Source of the DNA: Catajapyx aquilonaris
Taxonomy: Eukaryota
Assembly (NCBI GenBank): GCA_000934665.2
Contig: KZ538604.1
Location: 1 to 59,439, forward strand
Length of the DNA stretch: 59,439 nucleotides
Direction of reading: 5' to 3'
Shown here: in pieces, positions 36,873-49,500 of the stretch
How the letters are laid out: each line of letters starts with the position of its first letter
Numbering within the stretch: position 1 is the stretch's first letter
Program-made: the position numbers and the translations under genes
Notes under the pieces: generated by a model
Databases searched by the model: none
What the model was told of the DNA's origin: nothing
Seen by the model: the letters and a program-made list of their open reading frames with translations, nothing else

Positions 36873-39800
36873 ATGGACGTTGAAGAGACTCTGCGGTATG
36901 ATGAGAAAGACTTCGTTTTTCAGGTTGGTACGGCTGCTGGCCAGTTCTCGGGTTTTGACCTTCTGCTCAGGTCTAAATGGGATGCGGCAGTAGCAAGAGG
37001 AGTGTTCAACTATCTGCTCAGCATTGATAAGACCAAGGTCTTGAATGGCAGATATGGCTTCATTGCGCAGGTGAGTCTTGATTTCCGCTCGTGGGGACTT
37101 GATGGCTCAGCTTTTGTATAGTAATGCTGCTATGCGTAATATTGGTACAGAAATATTTGGGGATAAATGTTATAGATTAGCAAGAGGATTGCTTCATGGT
37201 CTTTTCGACGACGCGAAGAGGCGCGCGGAAATACGCGGTAAATAAATAAATATCAGAATGGCCCATTTACTTTCGATTTGGCACCTTTTGCTGTAAATGA
37301 CCATGTACGATTCCAGTTCAACTCAAAATATCTAAACTGACACAATAGGGGGTGAATGACTCACTCTCAGTGCTCACTCATTTATCAGTGTTGTGAAATA
37401 TCTGTACAGGTGGAGAATGTGAATGTAAAATTAAAGGCCTCGGGGGAAGAACGATCAAGGTCCACCTCAGGTAAAACCTCAGGTATCGTTGGTTCCTACA
37501 CACTATCTTACATTACACCTGTAAACCTATTATTACCATTAGATTCATTTGTCAGTCCAATGAATCTCAAGCAACACTGTGACATTCCACTATACTTCCT
37601 ATATAACTTGTGTAACGGGTAAATGGATAATTTATATTGTAGCCTACGGTATCTAAATTAATAAGCTTTTAATGTTACGTTAATCTTGTGCGTCGTTTTA
37701 AAAAAATGTCAATATATTTTGATGTGCATTGCATACATTCGGTACCGACAGTTACTTCCATTCATATAATGCAATATTGTACTGCTAGTACACAATTTTC
37801 GGCTTTTTCTCTGCAAGTCAACCTGTGACTCCACAAGTTTTTTTTTTACTTTAAATGTTTTCGGGCTGTTTACTTTAGTTTAAATGTTTTAAGTGTTTTA
37901 TTTTAATAGCGTGTAAGCTGAAAAAATCATTCAATTGAGAATTTATCAGGAATTTCCAAGATATACGTTATCACTAGTTCAGTTAACTCTGAAAATAATT
38001 GCCTTGATGCACAAGTGCAGTTTAAGCAAATCCCTTCTGTATAGTTACAGTTGACAGCGAATTTCGCAGTTATGTAATACAAGTAAGTATAGCTAACAGC
38101 AATTCACACGTCGAACTTGAATGTCTTTGAGGCAATAATTATTGTTCTGTGATTACTTTAAAAATAACTACTATCCTGCTTCGCGTGATGCTTTTAATAA
38201 CCTATGAGACGACTTATAGATTAGATTATTGTCAGTCATATCAATACAGTATAGATTTGACGAGGAAAAGTGTCCCATGATATTTTTTCCTGGACTGACG
38301 AGTGAGTCGAACTACTGCAGTAGTTACTTTTAAAAAATTGCTTTAAAGGTGCCTCCTCATCACCAACTTTTACACCAAGCTCGAAAATGGGTCGTTCATA
38401 AATATACAAGTACCGTACGTCGCGCTGCTTTTTCTGCTGTTTATTCCAACCTACCTTCATGTCACGCGCACTCGCGCAAGGCGAGACCTCAAAAGCCCTC
38501 TCAAAGAAGACCCCACGCTGCTGTGCACAACCTTCTCTCCATACCTTATTTCCTTTTTATCTGACATCGTAAACTCGATTTTAGGATTTGGAATTATGAA
38601 CCTAACAAAAGGTTTTTGCTACAGAGTGCATATAAATTATTAGCAAGTGTGTTTCACTGCTTGCTGCTACTTATTGTAATCTTAGCAGTAAGGGCAACAA
38701 GCAAGGGGTAGTCCACGTAACACCCAAGGGATGCTGATTAGGGGTATAGTGACTGTGGTACAGTTACAGTACATGTAGTACGCATAGGCCAGCTATGCCA
38801 TCAACGATTGTGCTGTTGTAGTACAGTAGCCTACTACTCTGCTGACCTATTATTATTTGTGCTTAGTTTTGTTATTAATTACCTCAAATCAGTCATTTTT
38901 AGTAGAATTGCACCTCCAAAGTTGTCCCATACTCAGTGGAGGATCTTAGACGTCGTTATTGTTGGGGGGGGGGGGGGNNNNNNNNNNNNNNNNNNNNNNN
39001 NNNNNNNNNNNNNNNNNNNNNNNNNNNNNNNNNNNNNNNNNNNNNNNNNNNNNNNNNNNNNNNNNNNNNNNNNNNNNNNNNNNNNNNNNNGGGGTGATCA
39101 CCCCGATCACCCCCCCCCCCCCTAGATCCGCCACTGCCCATACTGCTGTGTAGAACATGATACGTTGTGGTTGATTTGTGGCTGAAGTATCCCTTTATGT
39201 TCAATTAGGCTATATTTGTCTTTGAAACTAAACTCCGTGACAATAGTTGTCAGTATAGGGCTATGGGCTATGTCCGAATAAAGTAATTCAATTGGGCCAT
39301 TCAAAATCGGATTAGTTCCGATCACGAGACCTTTGACCTTGTGAATGGCTGTAATATGTGCTCTTGGTTCCCGGAGAATTTGATTCTATGGAAGACGAGC
39401 ACTTTTCATTCCATTGGTTTCGATTGTGTTATTATACATGGGCAATTGCTCAATCTTTCAGCTGAACATCGACCGAGCTGTGAAGCGGCGCCTACCTGAG
39501 AAAATTCAGAGCTTGACGCAACCGTTCGACCCTACCAAGTTTAATTTTACCAAAGTCAAGTCATGCGAGGTTTTAATGCGGCTCCACCCTTTCTACGAGG
39601 ATAATAGACCTGATCACATGATGATAGTCAACGTCAGCCCATTGGAGCATGGGCATTCCTTGCTAGTACCATTTCTGAGTGGATGTGAAGCGCAGGCAGT
39701 CACACCAGAAGGGCTTCGATTGGCAGTTGAACTGATTCTGCTGAGCGCCTCTATGTCAGTATACTGCGCAGTCCATTCTACTCAATATTAAATAGCATTG

Positions 39801-40805
39801 GGTCTAATTACTCTACGGCGTTACTTAATATTGCAGAGATTTTCGCGTCGGTTTTAACAGCCTGTGCGCCTATGCATCTGTGAATCACCATCATTACCAC
39901 ATGTACTACCTCAGCCATCGGTTGTATCTGGAAACTGCTGTAATATTCCATCCTTTTGAATTCGCATTGTAACTAGTATCATTTTCGTGGCACAATGGCA
40001 AAAGTGCACAATTGTATCAAATATAATTTTCACAATAATTAGAAACTGGTTTGCATGTGCCCTTTTACCATTGTCCCACAGTATACTGTGGCCTGACATT
40101 AGCTTTATCCTTTTTCACATTCAGGAAACAGAGCGTATCAGTGGGCCATGTCACATTCTCAAGGATTACCCCGCAAAAGGATTCGCCTTTGAACTTACGT
40201 CACAGGACAACCTTGACAAAAGAGTCCGGTAAACGGGTTAATTTTAAATAACTTATACCACAACTTACCTTATTCTGACTCTATCACGAACGCCACTTTG
40301 ACTGCCGCACCATTTTTATCCACAGGGAGGTGTATTCGCTGATATCATATCTACAGAGCAATAACATTGCGCACAACATTTTTATCGTGCGAGGCCTGCC
40401 GTTTGATAACTCAGGGGACGAGCACGCGGCTGTGAGAATTTTTGTGTGGGCTAGGAAGCATAGCTACGGTAGCCTGCTTTGATTTTGAAGTCAATAATAT
40501 ATGTAATATTATTCTCTACACTTTTTTCTCCCATAGGAGCCAAGTCCCCAGAGGCTTTTAATCCTGCACTTTGTGAACTCGCGGGACACCTGCCAATTAA
40601 AAGTATGCCCGGTTATACAATCATGACATCTGAGTAGGCAGCACAGGTGAAACACCTCTGCCTGTGACTTAACATGTATGTGCTGCTTTCAGCTCAGGAA
40701 GCCTACGAGACACTTACGGAAGAAGGAGTTGTCGATATCCTGCAAGATTTGACCTGTGAATGTTTCGAAGCTGTGAAACTTGCAATTTCGGACATGTATT
40801 CTTGA
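36873..40805 (+). CDS. GDPGP1: GDP-D-glucose phosphorylase 1 (339 aa); exons 36873-37070, 39462-39754, 39837-39939, 40125-40228, 40326-40468, 40537-40602, 40693-40805
   Basis: Motifs IAQLN..R..KRR.P, PFDPTKFNFTKV, INVSPLE-like VNVSPLEHGHSLLVP, FRVGFNSLCAYASVNHHHYH (HIT-like), NIAHN.FI.RG, FNPALCELAGHLP. In-phase GT-AG introns; AATAAA near 41252. Confidence 0.95.
38934..39136. mobile_element. hAT-like MITE spanning an assembly gap
   Basis: CAGTGGAGGATCT ... AGATCCGCCACTG, with perfect 8-bp TSD CCCATACT. Confidence 0.85.
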
Positions 40806-41436
40806 ACACATTCCCTGAAGGAGTATTTCCAGATTGTAAGGTTAAGGCACTTTTATATAAGACCAGGTGCGTCATTTCTGAGCTGTATAACGCATATTTG
40901 TTGCAGGTTTTGTTGCCAGAAGGATTCTATCAAACGCGCCATTGCATGCCTGCTTACCAAACTGCCATCACTGCTTTTAGAGAGTCCAAATTTTGACTTT
41001 TCCACGTACTACTTGGGCACAATCCAAATGAGGGTAATTAAGGACAACCGGAAAGGCGTGGAAAAAGAATGAGGGGGATGCAATTTTGTGCAAGATGTCA
41101 ATCTATGTGGAGCATCGAATTTACTGTCACTGGAGATGAAATAAAAGTAGCAGCAATTTGTCACTTAAACTGCAGACTTAAACTAATGCAACCGGATTTT
41201 CCTTTGAAGCATGATCTATATGTTCCTTATGTTACAGAGGTACACCTAATGAATAAATAAAATGTGTGTTGCATATCTGCCACCGGCTACAGAATCGCCA
41301 GTTACGATGAAGAAATCGCACATCGTCAGATTAGTTTTTTTACTGACAAATGTAGAGATTCAACAAAGAAGTGGAACAAGTGTCATCGATGTGTCCTATT
41401 GTGTACTGGATGTCGCGAGAAATAGAGGGGTTTGAC

Positions 41437-42576
41437 CTACTTGTTGTCGCTGTCGTGACAAGTGCATTTGCAGTCCCGTTTACGACAGGAATTGCTCGTC
41501 GAGAGAACGACGGCCTGTTCTTGGGAACTCGTAAACCACGAGGTGGGTCTTAGCTGTTGGCTCTTAGTCAAACCGGCGGCTTCTTTTGGAGGAAATTTGT
41601 ACCTTTCCACCGGAATTAAGTTCTCGCCTTGTTTGTTTCCGAGCAGAAGCAAATAGCCCGACTCCGGCGCTTCTGTGCTAATCATATCGAGAGTAGTGTG
41701 CAAAAATATATGGTGGTCACTGAACTGCGACTTGTAGGTACCAAAATATAGCGATAGTTTGGTCTCCCCTGAGTTTTCCACTTGTGTCATTATCGGCCGG
41801 GAAGTCCCCCAAGGTTCTTTCACCTCAAGCTGAACTCCTTCCTCTCAGAAACACTATTTCGGGAGTCAGCACTAGCTGTTCCTTAATCACTTAGCCTTCA
41901 TCAGCAGCAGAAACACTGCACAACTTATCTGCAACGCTTCTGTCCATGTTACTCAACGCCATTGCAAGGTTATGCACACCACTTGCAAAGTTCAAGTCTC
42001 ATGTTCCTGCGCCATTTCATTCACCATATATTGGGCCATATTGCGATAATATTGTTGCAAGCAGCTGGGATTCACATTGCTCTTCCTAATCTCTTGACGA
42101 CGTTTCCTCGTGAGGTCACTTGTTCACTCAGTGAATTGAAATAGGTCCCTCCCCTAGTCAGCTGATTAACTGCTCTTATCTCGGGTGTATAAAATCCCCC
42201 CAGCCAGTCCTTTATAGAGGCTTTCATTCTGAGGCCGACGTTTCCGGGATAGCTGGAGCCTAATCTAAAGCAGTAAGTCACTTTCGGAAAACCCTTCTCG
42301 TTTCGGATTTATCGACTAGAAGTTACCCTGTAAAAGCGGCTTCCCAAGCCCCGGAGTTTGCTCTTCCGGGTTGCACTTGGATGTTCGCCAGCCTGAATCT
42401 CCCCAATAGTCAATATTGAGAGAAATAGCAGGAATCGCAACATTTTCATTATGAAAATTTAAAGTTCCGGAGTGGCCAGTCCTTGCATTTCTAGCCTTAT
42501 GGGCAGCAAAGACCGTTTTTATTGACCAATATACACTTCCACCCACGGAGAAAATTTGTAGAAGAAAAGTGGGCAT
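41437..42576 (-). pseudogene. Candidate endogenous viral element: frameshifted orthomyxovirus-like nucleoprotein
   Basis: Intronless coding-like pieces in five frame segments, collinear with influenza/thogotovirus NP motifs as recalled: TVFAAHKARN; SDLTRKRRQEIRKSNVNP; DRSVADKL..EQLVLTPEIVFLRG; HHIFLHTTL..YLLLLGNKQGENLIP. Confidence 0.45.
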
Positions 42577-43414
42577 GGAGTCAAGGCCGAGCTGAAAATT
42601 ATCCGCCGGGATGGTTTTGGAAAAAGGTCGAAGCCAACGTCCTTTGGTATCCTGGGGATTTTGTATTGCCCTTGACGATTAACCCCTATGGATAGGAACA
42701 TATTGCACGTGTCTAATTTTTTAAACTCAGATCGGGCCAAACGCCTCGCACGTGCTGGAAAAAGCTCGGTAAACTTTCCCCACACCCTCCAGCTTGCTAT
42801 GTCGCCGCGAGCCATAATTTGCCCTTTTAAACGACACATTTATTGTAGTCTCTAAGACAAGTGTTGTAAACAGCAGCTCGGGAGAGGACAGAAAGCGTCT
42901 TCCTTCGCCTTGATCCAGTCTCCTCCTTCCCGCCATGCTCCTTGAGCAAGTGTAAAATAGACGGTCCTGAAAGAGATCCACCAAGCGAATAGTAGTAGTA
43001 GCCCGGGAAGAAGCGTCAACTGTTTTGCACTCGGCAAAAAGAGATCTAAGACACTTCAGTCCTCGTGGTTACCTCTGCAACAGGTACACCACACAGGACG
43101 CCAATAGGGCATCAGGACCTTTCAGAACCAACCCACTGCTGTCGGCTCATTTGTCGTTGGTCTCTCCTCAGGAAGAAAAGGTCTGGTGGTGACATTAGTA
43201 TAGCAAAAAGGACACTGTGGTGACCTTTGCGAGCTGTTAAGGTCGTTGTTGGAAGAACTGCAGAGATGTGTCACTGATTGGTGATTCCTCTTGCTGCGAG
43301 GTTCGTCATACCAGCGCTCATCGACCATGCGATTGTGAGTAATTGACTTTTATTTGTTTTGACTGAATGTCAGGTTGGAGTGTTATTCAACTTGAAGTGT
43401 CGAGTAGTATTCAT

Positions 43415-43554
43415 TTGGGTTCACAAGTACAGGACGTCCGTCGTGGTCTTACCTAGGGCGGTTCGTCACGTTTTTCACTAGCCTATAATATTAGCGTTAA
43501 TAGTGGTGAAAAATATGACGAAGAACCGACCCTGATAACTACGTGTGAACCCAA
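43415..43554. mobile_element. Small hairpin MITE
   Basis: TTGGGTTCACA ... TGTGAACCCAA, with inner arms TTCGTCACGTTTTTCAC / GTGAAAAATATGACGAA. Confidence 0.6.
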
Positions 43555-46500
43555 CTTTATGTGAGGGGGCGACAGCTGCATAAATCTGACCATTGTAACA
43601 GCAATGAACTGATCAATTAACATTCTCCTTCACGATTGAGTTGAACCTCATGTCATTTGCCGATATGGCGCGGCGGCGCTTGGTAGTGGCAATGAATACA
43701 AAGGGTTAGTCCAGGCGTGTTTTTTTCCCATTGTTATTGCTTTTTGCATGCAGTAATGGGACTGTCCGTGACACAATAACGTCTTCACTCTGATTCACCC
43801 GGCTTGAGTTTCCGGCAAAAGGATGGTACAAAAAAAAACTGACACCCGGCTGCTGAAATGATGTTTGTAATGGCAAGGAACCAAATCGCACCTCCAGGAG
43901 GTTTACCTCCTCCTAGTTTTTACCTTGTTCCAAGCATCTAAACTAAAGAGCACTAATAGCAACAATACTGGGTGATATGCAGGGAATTTGGCTAGTTTTA
44001 TTTCCACAAGGTTCCACCCACCTACTTTGGAGCTCTGATAGATGACCCTCACCGAGCCAACTTGGCCTTGTGCTTGAAAGCTTGAAAAGTGCAAAGAGGA
44101 CATAATTTTTATTGTTGCGTTTGGGATCCGCCGCCATGCCACTTGCCGCCCATACAGTTTGCAGTCAAGAGTCCGAGGTTGTAGAAGAAACTAGTACAGG
44201 GCCGGAATCGCACGTGAATTTCAGTTGTAATCCGGGAATTCTAGCAGAATCGCCAAGTTTCTCAGCGCGGGGACAAAAATATTCGAATGTCGACCTCCTA
44301 CGTTTTGTATCCTGAAGCTCTCGCGCAACTAGCTTCTCAACGTACAGTGATAGGTTTACTGGGCACGCATACTTTTCCATTACCACTTCTTACGTGACAC
44401 ATGATAAATTGAGGTTTTATTTTGGTGCGAAATGTCCGCCGAATGCCCGGATGAAACGCTCGACTGCTGTATCCATCGACGACAGCACCTGTCAAAGCCC
44501 AAATTTAGGTTGCATCTCAACAACAATGCAGGTCTGTTTTGAAATCCAGCTAACGTCCAAGGTACTGCTGGATGTCCAAGGCCCTGTCAGTTGGTCCATG
44601 CCAAATCTAAACTAGGTATCCCTGGCTGTTTTTGGGTCCAACAGGACCCCCCAAATAATATCTACATATATTTGCTTGGACTCGAGGCGCGAACAAATTC
44701 GCGAACCCCAAAATATATCGGGCGTTTCCTTCCCACCTTTGTGTGTGGGTCTAATTTAGCTGGATTCGATGTCGAGGAGGACTTTCTTGGACGCTTCCCA
44801 AGAGGAAGTAGACACGGTGGACAAAGCATGTGTGCCATTATAGAAATGGTGTCTAGGAGAGCTGGAGCACTGAATCAAGCTAGGCGGCGCGCACGGCGTG
44901 ACGCATGCTGGTTTGGACTTTGGCGTCAAAGATGCCTCGCGTGAACCGCATTTTCCGAACTGTATGAACTGGCGAGAGGAACAGGATTCTGCGAATAGGG
45001 AATGAAGAAAAACACACAGTATGCACCAGAATGAAATAAACCGTAGTTGATGGCCGGTCCCGGTTTTCTCGCTCCGTTTACACTGGCCACTTTGGAAATG
45101 AGGTTTTAGTTGAATTACGCGCCGGTTTTTATTGGAGGGATTGTAGCCTCTGCTTGACTTGTACGGGACTAAATATTTACAACTCAAGAATGGGAACAGT
45201 AAGTGCACAAAATGAAAATCTTGCGTCATTTATGGCAACCTGCGTGCGTCAAAAATTGTCATATAATTGCACTTTGTAACTAGCATGATTTTTTTAATTA
45301 TCTCAATTCGCATTACACAACTTCTAGTTAATTTTTCATAAATAATATGTAATCATGTACGCTACATAAACGTTGGAACTGCGATTGATTCATAAATTAT
45401 ACATTTCCTGGATTTTTTTTCTTCAAATAGAGGATGTTTTTTTTTCAATAACCCCCCCGTCGGCGCTGGCCACTCCGAGGCAAAGGACTGCATAATGACG
45501 GTTAAGATTAAGACTTAAAACCAGCTCTAAAACCGCCTGTGCGGAGACCCATATAGTACACGGCATGGGTGGGATGGACCCAAATAGAACGAAAAATTGC
45601 ACCTGCGTCGTGTTTCTAGGCGTGGTCTCCCCCTCCCATGATCAACAAAGCCCCAAGTTAAACCAATTCCCGTGAAATCACTTTTTCGGGGAAAGAGGAC
45701 AATCCACACGCTCGTGAGAACGAGACTTTACAGACACACATGACCGAATTCGGTGCCTTTGATTATAAGTTACTTAAAAAAAAAATCGCGCAATCGGTCC
45801 TGTCCGATTCACGATGAACATGACCATCAAGCTGATCGGTATTTAAAAATTTTAATACCCGATTTTGAAAGTTTCCGCTTCCTTAGGGCTTCCTGCAGGG
45901 CGCGTTTTGTAAGTCAGACATTCCGCCTAGGAAAGCAGGATGCGTCATTGTGAAATCAGATTGGGGAAGCTTCTCCGGATACACCACATTAAAAAGCTGG
46001 AAAAAAAAAATACAAGCGGCGCATTATGTGGCGCTTGATTACACAACCTGAACGTAAAACCACCAGGTGATTTTCAGAACCATTGAATGTTTTTTTTTTG
46101 TTATTGTTGTTGTTCCTTCCCCGTGCGTCACTAGAATTTTTCTCTGGTCTGAATCGATTCGGGTGCAGCAGCTCTCGGCAAGCGAATTGAGGGCGCGGTC
46201 CGGAAGAGTCAACCAACCTGGGCGCATATGCTGAGCTGGTCACATACCTTTCGGAGTTATGACTCCGAACGTCAGTCAGGAGTGGTCGGTAACAAATAGC
46301 CAGCTCCCCCACTTTTTTTTTCTTCAAGAAATAAAACCGAGGGTGCTATTCTGGCCCGTGCCCAAGGACTTTTCATGCTACCTTTCCGCCGGGGCAGGAG
46401 AAGTACTCTAATATTGATGGGCTCTTATCTGTGGTATAATCTGCAAGGACATCGTCGCCGGAAACTTTTCAGCACTTGGCTCCTTCCTAGTTATGCGCAT

Positions 46501-49500
46501 GGAAATAACTCTATTAGATGGGCATCTCTCTTATTACTTTTCAAGTGAATTTGTGAAGAGGCGTTTGTGATGAAGGCCTTTCTGAGTCAGGTGTTTGTTT
46601 TTGAGGAAATATTATGATTTCGGGTACTTTGACGTATGCACACAAAAAATATCTTACTGGGTTGCTTTGGGAATTTTACATACGAATATGACGTTGAAAC
46701 TTAAAGCACACATAGCACAGTTAGATGAGAATGCCAGTGAATATCTAGATGTGCTATATGCTACATTGAGCCGGGGGGCCGATATGTTATGTATAATAAA
46801 TATTATTCCCTGTATAAAAAGTAGGCATTTTCGTAATGACTTGAGATACCGGTATACGGTATATTGCAATATTGACAAGATTGTTTGTGACAGCAATGAA
46901 TATTTTTGTTTTATAATGCTCACTGTATAAGGATATATATGTAGTGTGTTCAAACGGGTCCATCTATAATATGAAATCGCTACCGGTGCGTGATAGCATA
47001 TTTGTTGAAAGTATCCCACGTAATACGTGGTGGTAGATATTTTTGATTTTTTGATTGTATCATAAGATTTTATATATACCTGTCGTCCGAGAAATGAATG
47101 AGCATTCCCTGCTTTGTATATACACCCCTCATGGTATATACTATGTCATTCTTGTCTTCTGCGTGAGGTTTTAGGCTGAATGAAGTGATTGTAGCGATTT
47201 TCCAACCAAAAACATATTTTCAAAGCTGTTATTTTGGAATAGTTATACTCTTAGTAGTTACCAAAAGTATTATCTTTTAATATTAGGACAGGTAGCAACC
47301 ATTCAAACGCGGAATTTCAATATTAATTTCCGATTGGGAATACCCCATTGGAATAAGTGGCATCAAATGCCAATAATTGAATCAATATATTTTTGCAGGT
47401 TATATCCCTATGCAGGTATAAAATATGGGCTAAGCAACCTAATATTTGTAATGAATATTTGATAACCTCGAAAAGTAGCTGTTTCGAAGTACCATGTTGT
47501 ACTGCATATAAATCAGCACGTTAAATTGAAAAATTGCTAATCACTATGGACATTTAAGTTGGAACACTATCTTTATAGAGGACGTTACGCTGCCCATGCT
47601 GACGGTGTGACACGGGGGAGGGGGAGGTAATGGATTTCTCACCCTTATAGTCTCATTTTAACTCCGGAAGTCCAGTTATGACGGGAAAATGTTGGAGACT
47701 CCAGGAGAGTGGGAGGAAAACTATAAAATAAATATTTTACACATTTTCATTAAATTAATGGTGATCGATTGTACATTTAAATCACAATATTCATGTTCCC
47801 AATCTCCATCTCGAAACACCATGGCGGCATGGCCTAGAGTAGTAGAATTATTACATTTTCTAAGGTACTCTTGCTGGAGCAGGGGAGTTCAGGCGAGATT
47901 TCATTGGAGAGGTGACAAAATGTGTGCTCATACAACGATTTCTGCGTTTACCAGACATTTTGTGCCGAGAAAATGCTGGAATTAGGAAAGATTCACGTTC
48001 ATATACAAATTAAGGAGGAAATCTCAGATTACGGTATATCAGATTATGTTTGTGGCCACCTAGTATGTAGTAGCGGATATTCCCTCATTTTCTTGCATTT
48101 CAACGGGCCTTAAACGCCCTTAAACTCGGCATCTTAGCAGCAAAAAGAAAGCTATTACAACCATATTGCAACACACTGTAAATGAATTTTTAATCACTAA
48201 AATTTTCGACATTGTCATTGAATCACTAACAATACTACTACCCAGTACAGGATTTTTTGATGAATGAGATATGCGAGGAAGTTGTCATGTTGCAAAATCC
48301 AGAGCAGTACAACACACTGCGCTTGTTCATATTATTGAGGTAATAAAAGGTACTGTCTACATAAAAAGGAAAGCAATTTTTTTTACTTCAATAAGAGAAA
48401 ACCCAAGTTAAGAAATGTAAATGAAAATACTTTACAATGATTGAGAGAAATGATTATGCAAAGAAGATATTATTGGTTAAAACAATATACCTTAACGCAT
48501 TTATACTGATCCTATGTTCTACAAGATGCTGTATATTATAATACTGTAGTTGGAATTATCAAGTGAGTCTCCACATCTATTTGTAAAAAGTTGTAAGCAG
48601 TTGTAACTCGTAGTTACTTTTTTGTATAAGCTACATGACATTTTGGTGCATTTTAAAATATAGTGCTGGACTCATGGATGACTAATTGTGTTCTATTTGC
48701 ATATACGACAGGCTGTAGGCAAAATTTCCCTGACAGTGATGAGACCTTTCCTATTAATTGGCATCATTCATGCATTTCCAATATTTTATATTAATGGGTA
48801 GCCTAATATTAGGATATTATTCTGACCCGGTTCTGACCTGTAATTCAAATGGGAACGACTGACATTTATGATATACTATCAAGGAGTATTTAAGAGATTT
48901 AAAAAAAAATGTAAACAACAATTTTTGTAAAACACAAACTTTTTGAGTAAATTAATTCATTTTTAATCACCTTGTAGGTTGCATTAAAATAAGCGAGGCA
49001 TTGCCCTAAGGCTTTGACCTTTGCATTATGCAAGTTTCCACTGTTGTAATTTGCAGTGCAATGCAGTACATATGTTGTTGTTGCATGACATTGAGGGAAC
49101 TATGCAGCTGGGATGCATTTGAGTAATTGCTAGTTAGTACAACATCAGGGGAATCCTGAACCGCACACTGACACACACATGCCCACTTTGTTTAGATTAG
49201 TTCCATTCACGCAATCATTATTTTCTTGTGTCTAAATGAACTTCATAGAATTTCCTTTTTGCATGTAAAATTAGGCTTTTGAAAGTTACTTGGGAAAAAG
49301 AAGTGCTGTGTGAACAGACCATTATTATGCTAAGCTTGCCAATTGTTTTGTGTGTTATTAAGCAGATTTCGCATGCAAAGACTTATGGACTCCAGGTTTT
49401 TTATAACTCGTGTGACTCAGAACTATAGCTATCGTTATTCCAAAGGACTCGGTACACATCAAGGAGAACCCTTGGGTAACTTCTTGCCATAAATTCGGCA

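Noticed and set aside
38808..39204. ORFs crossing the N run
   Set aside because: Open only because of the assembly gap inside a MITE.
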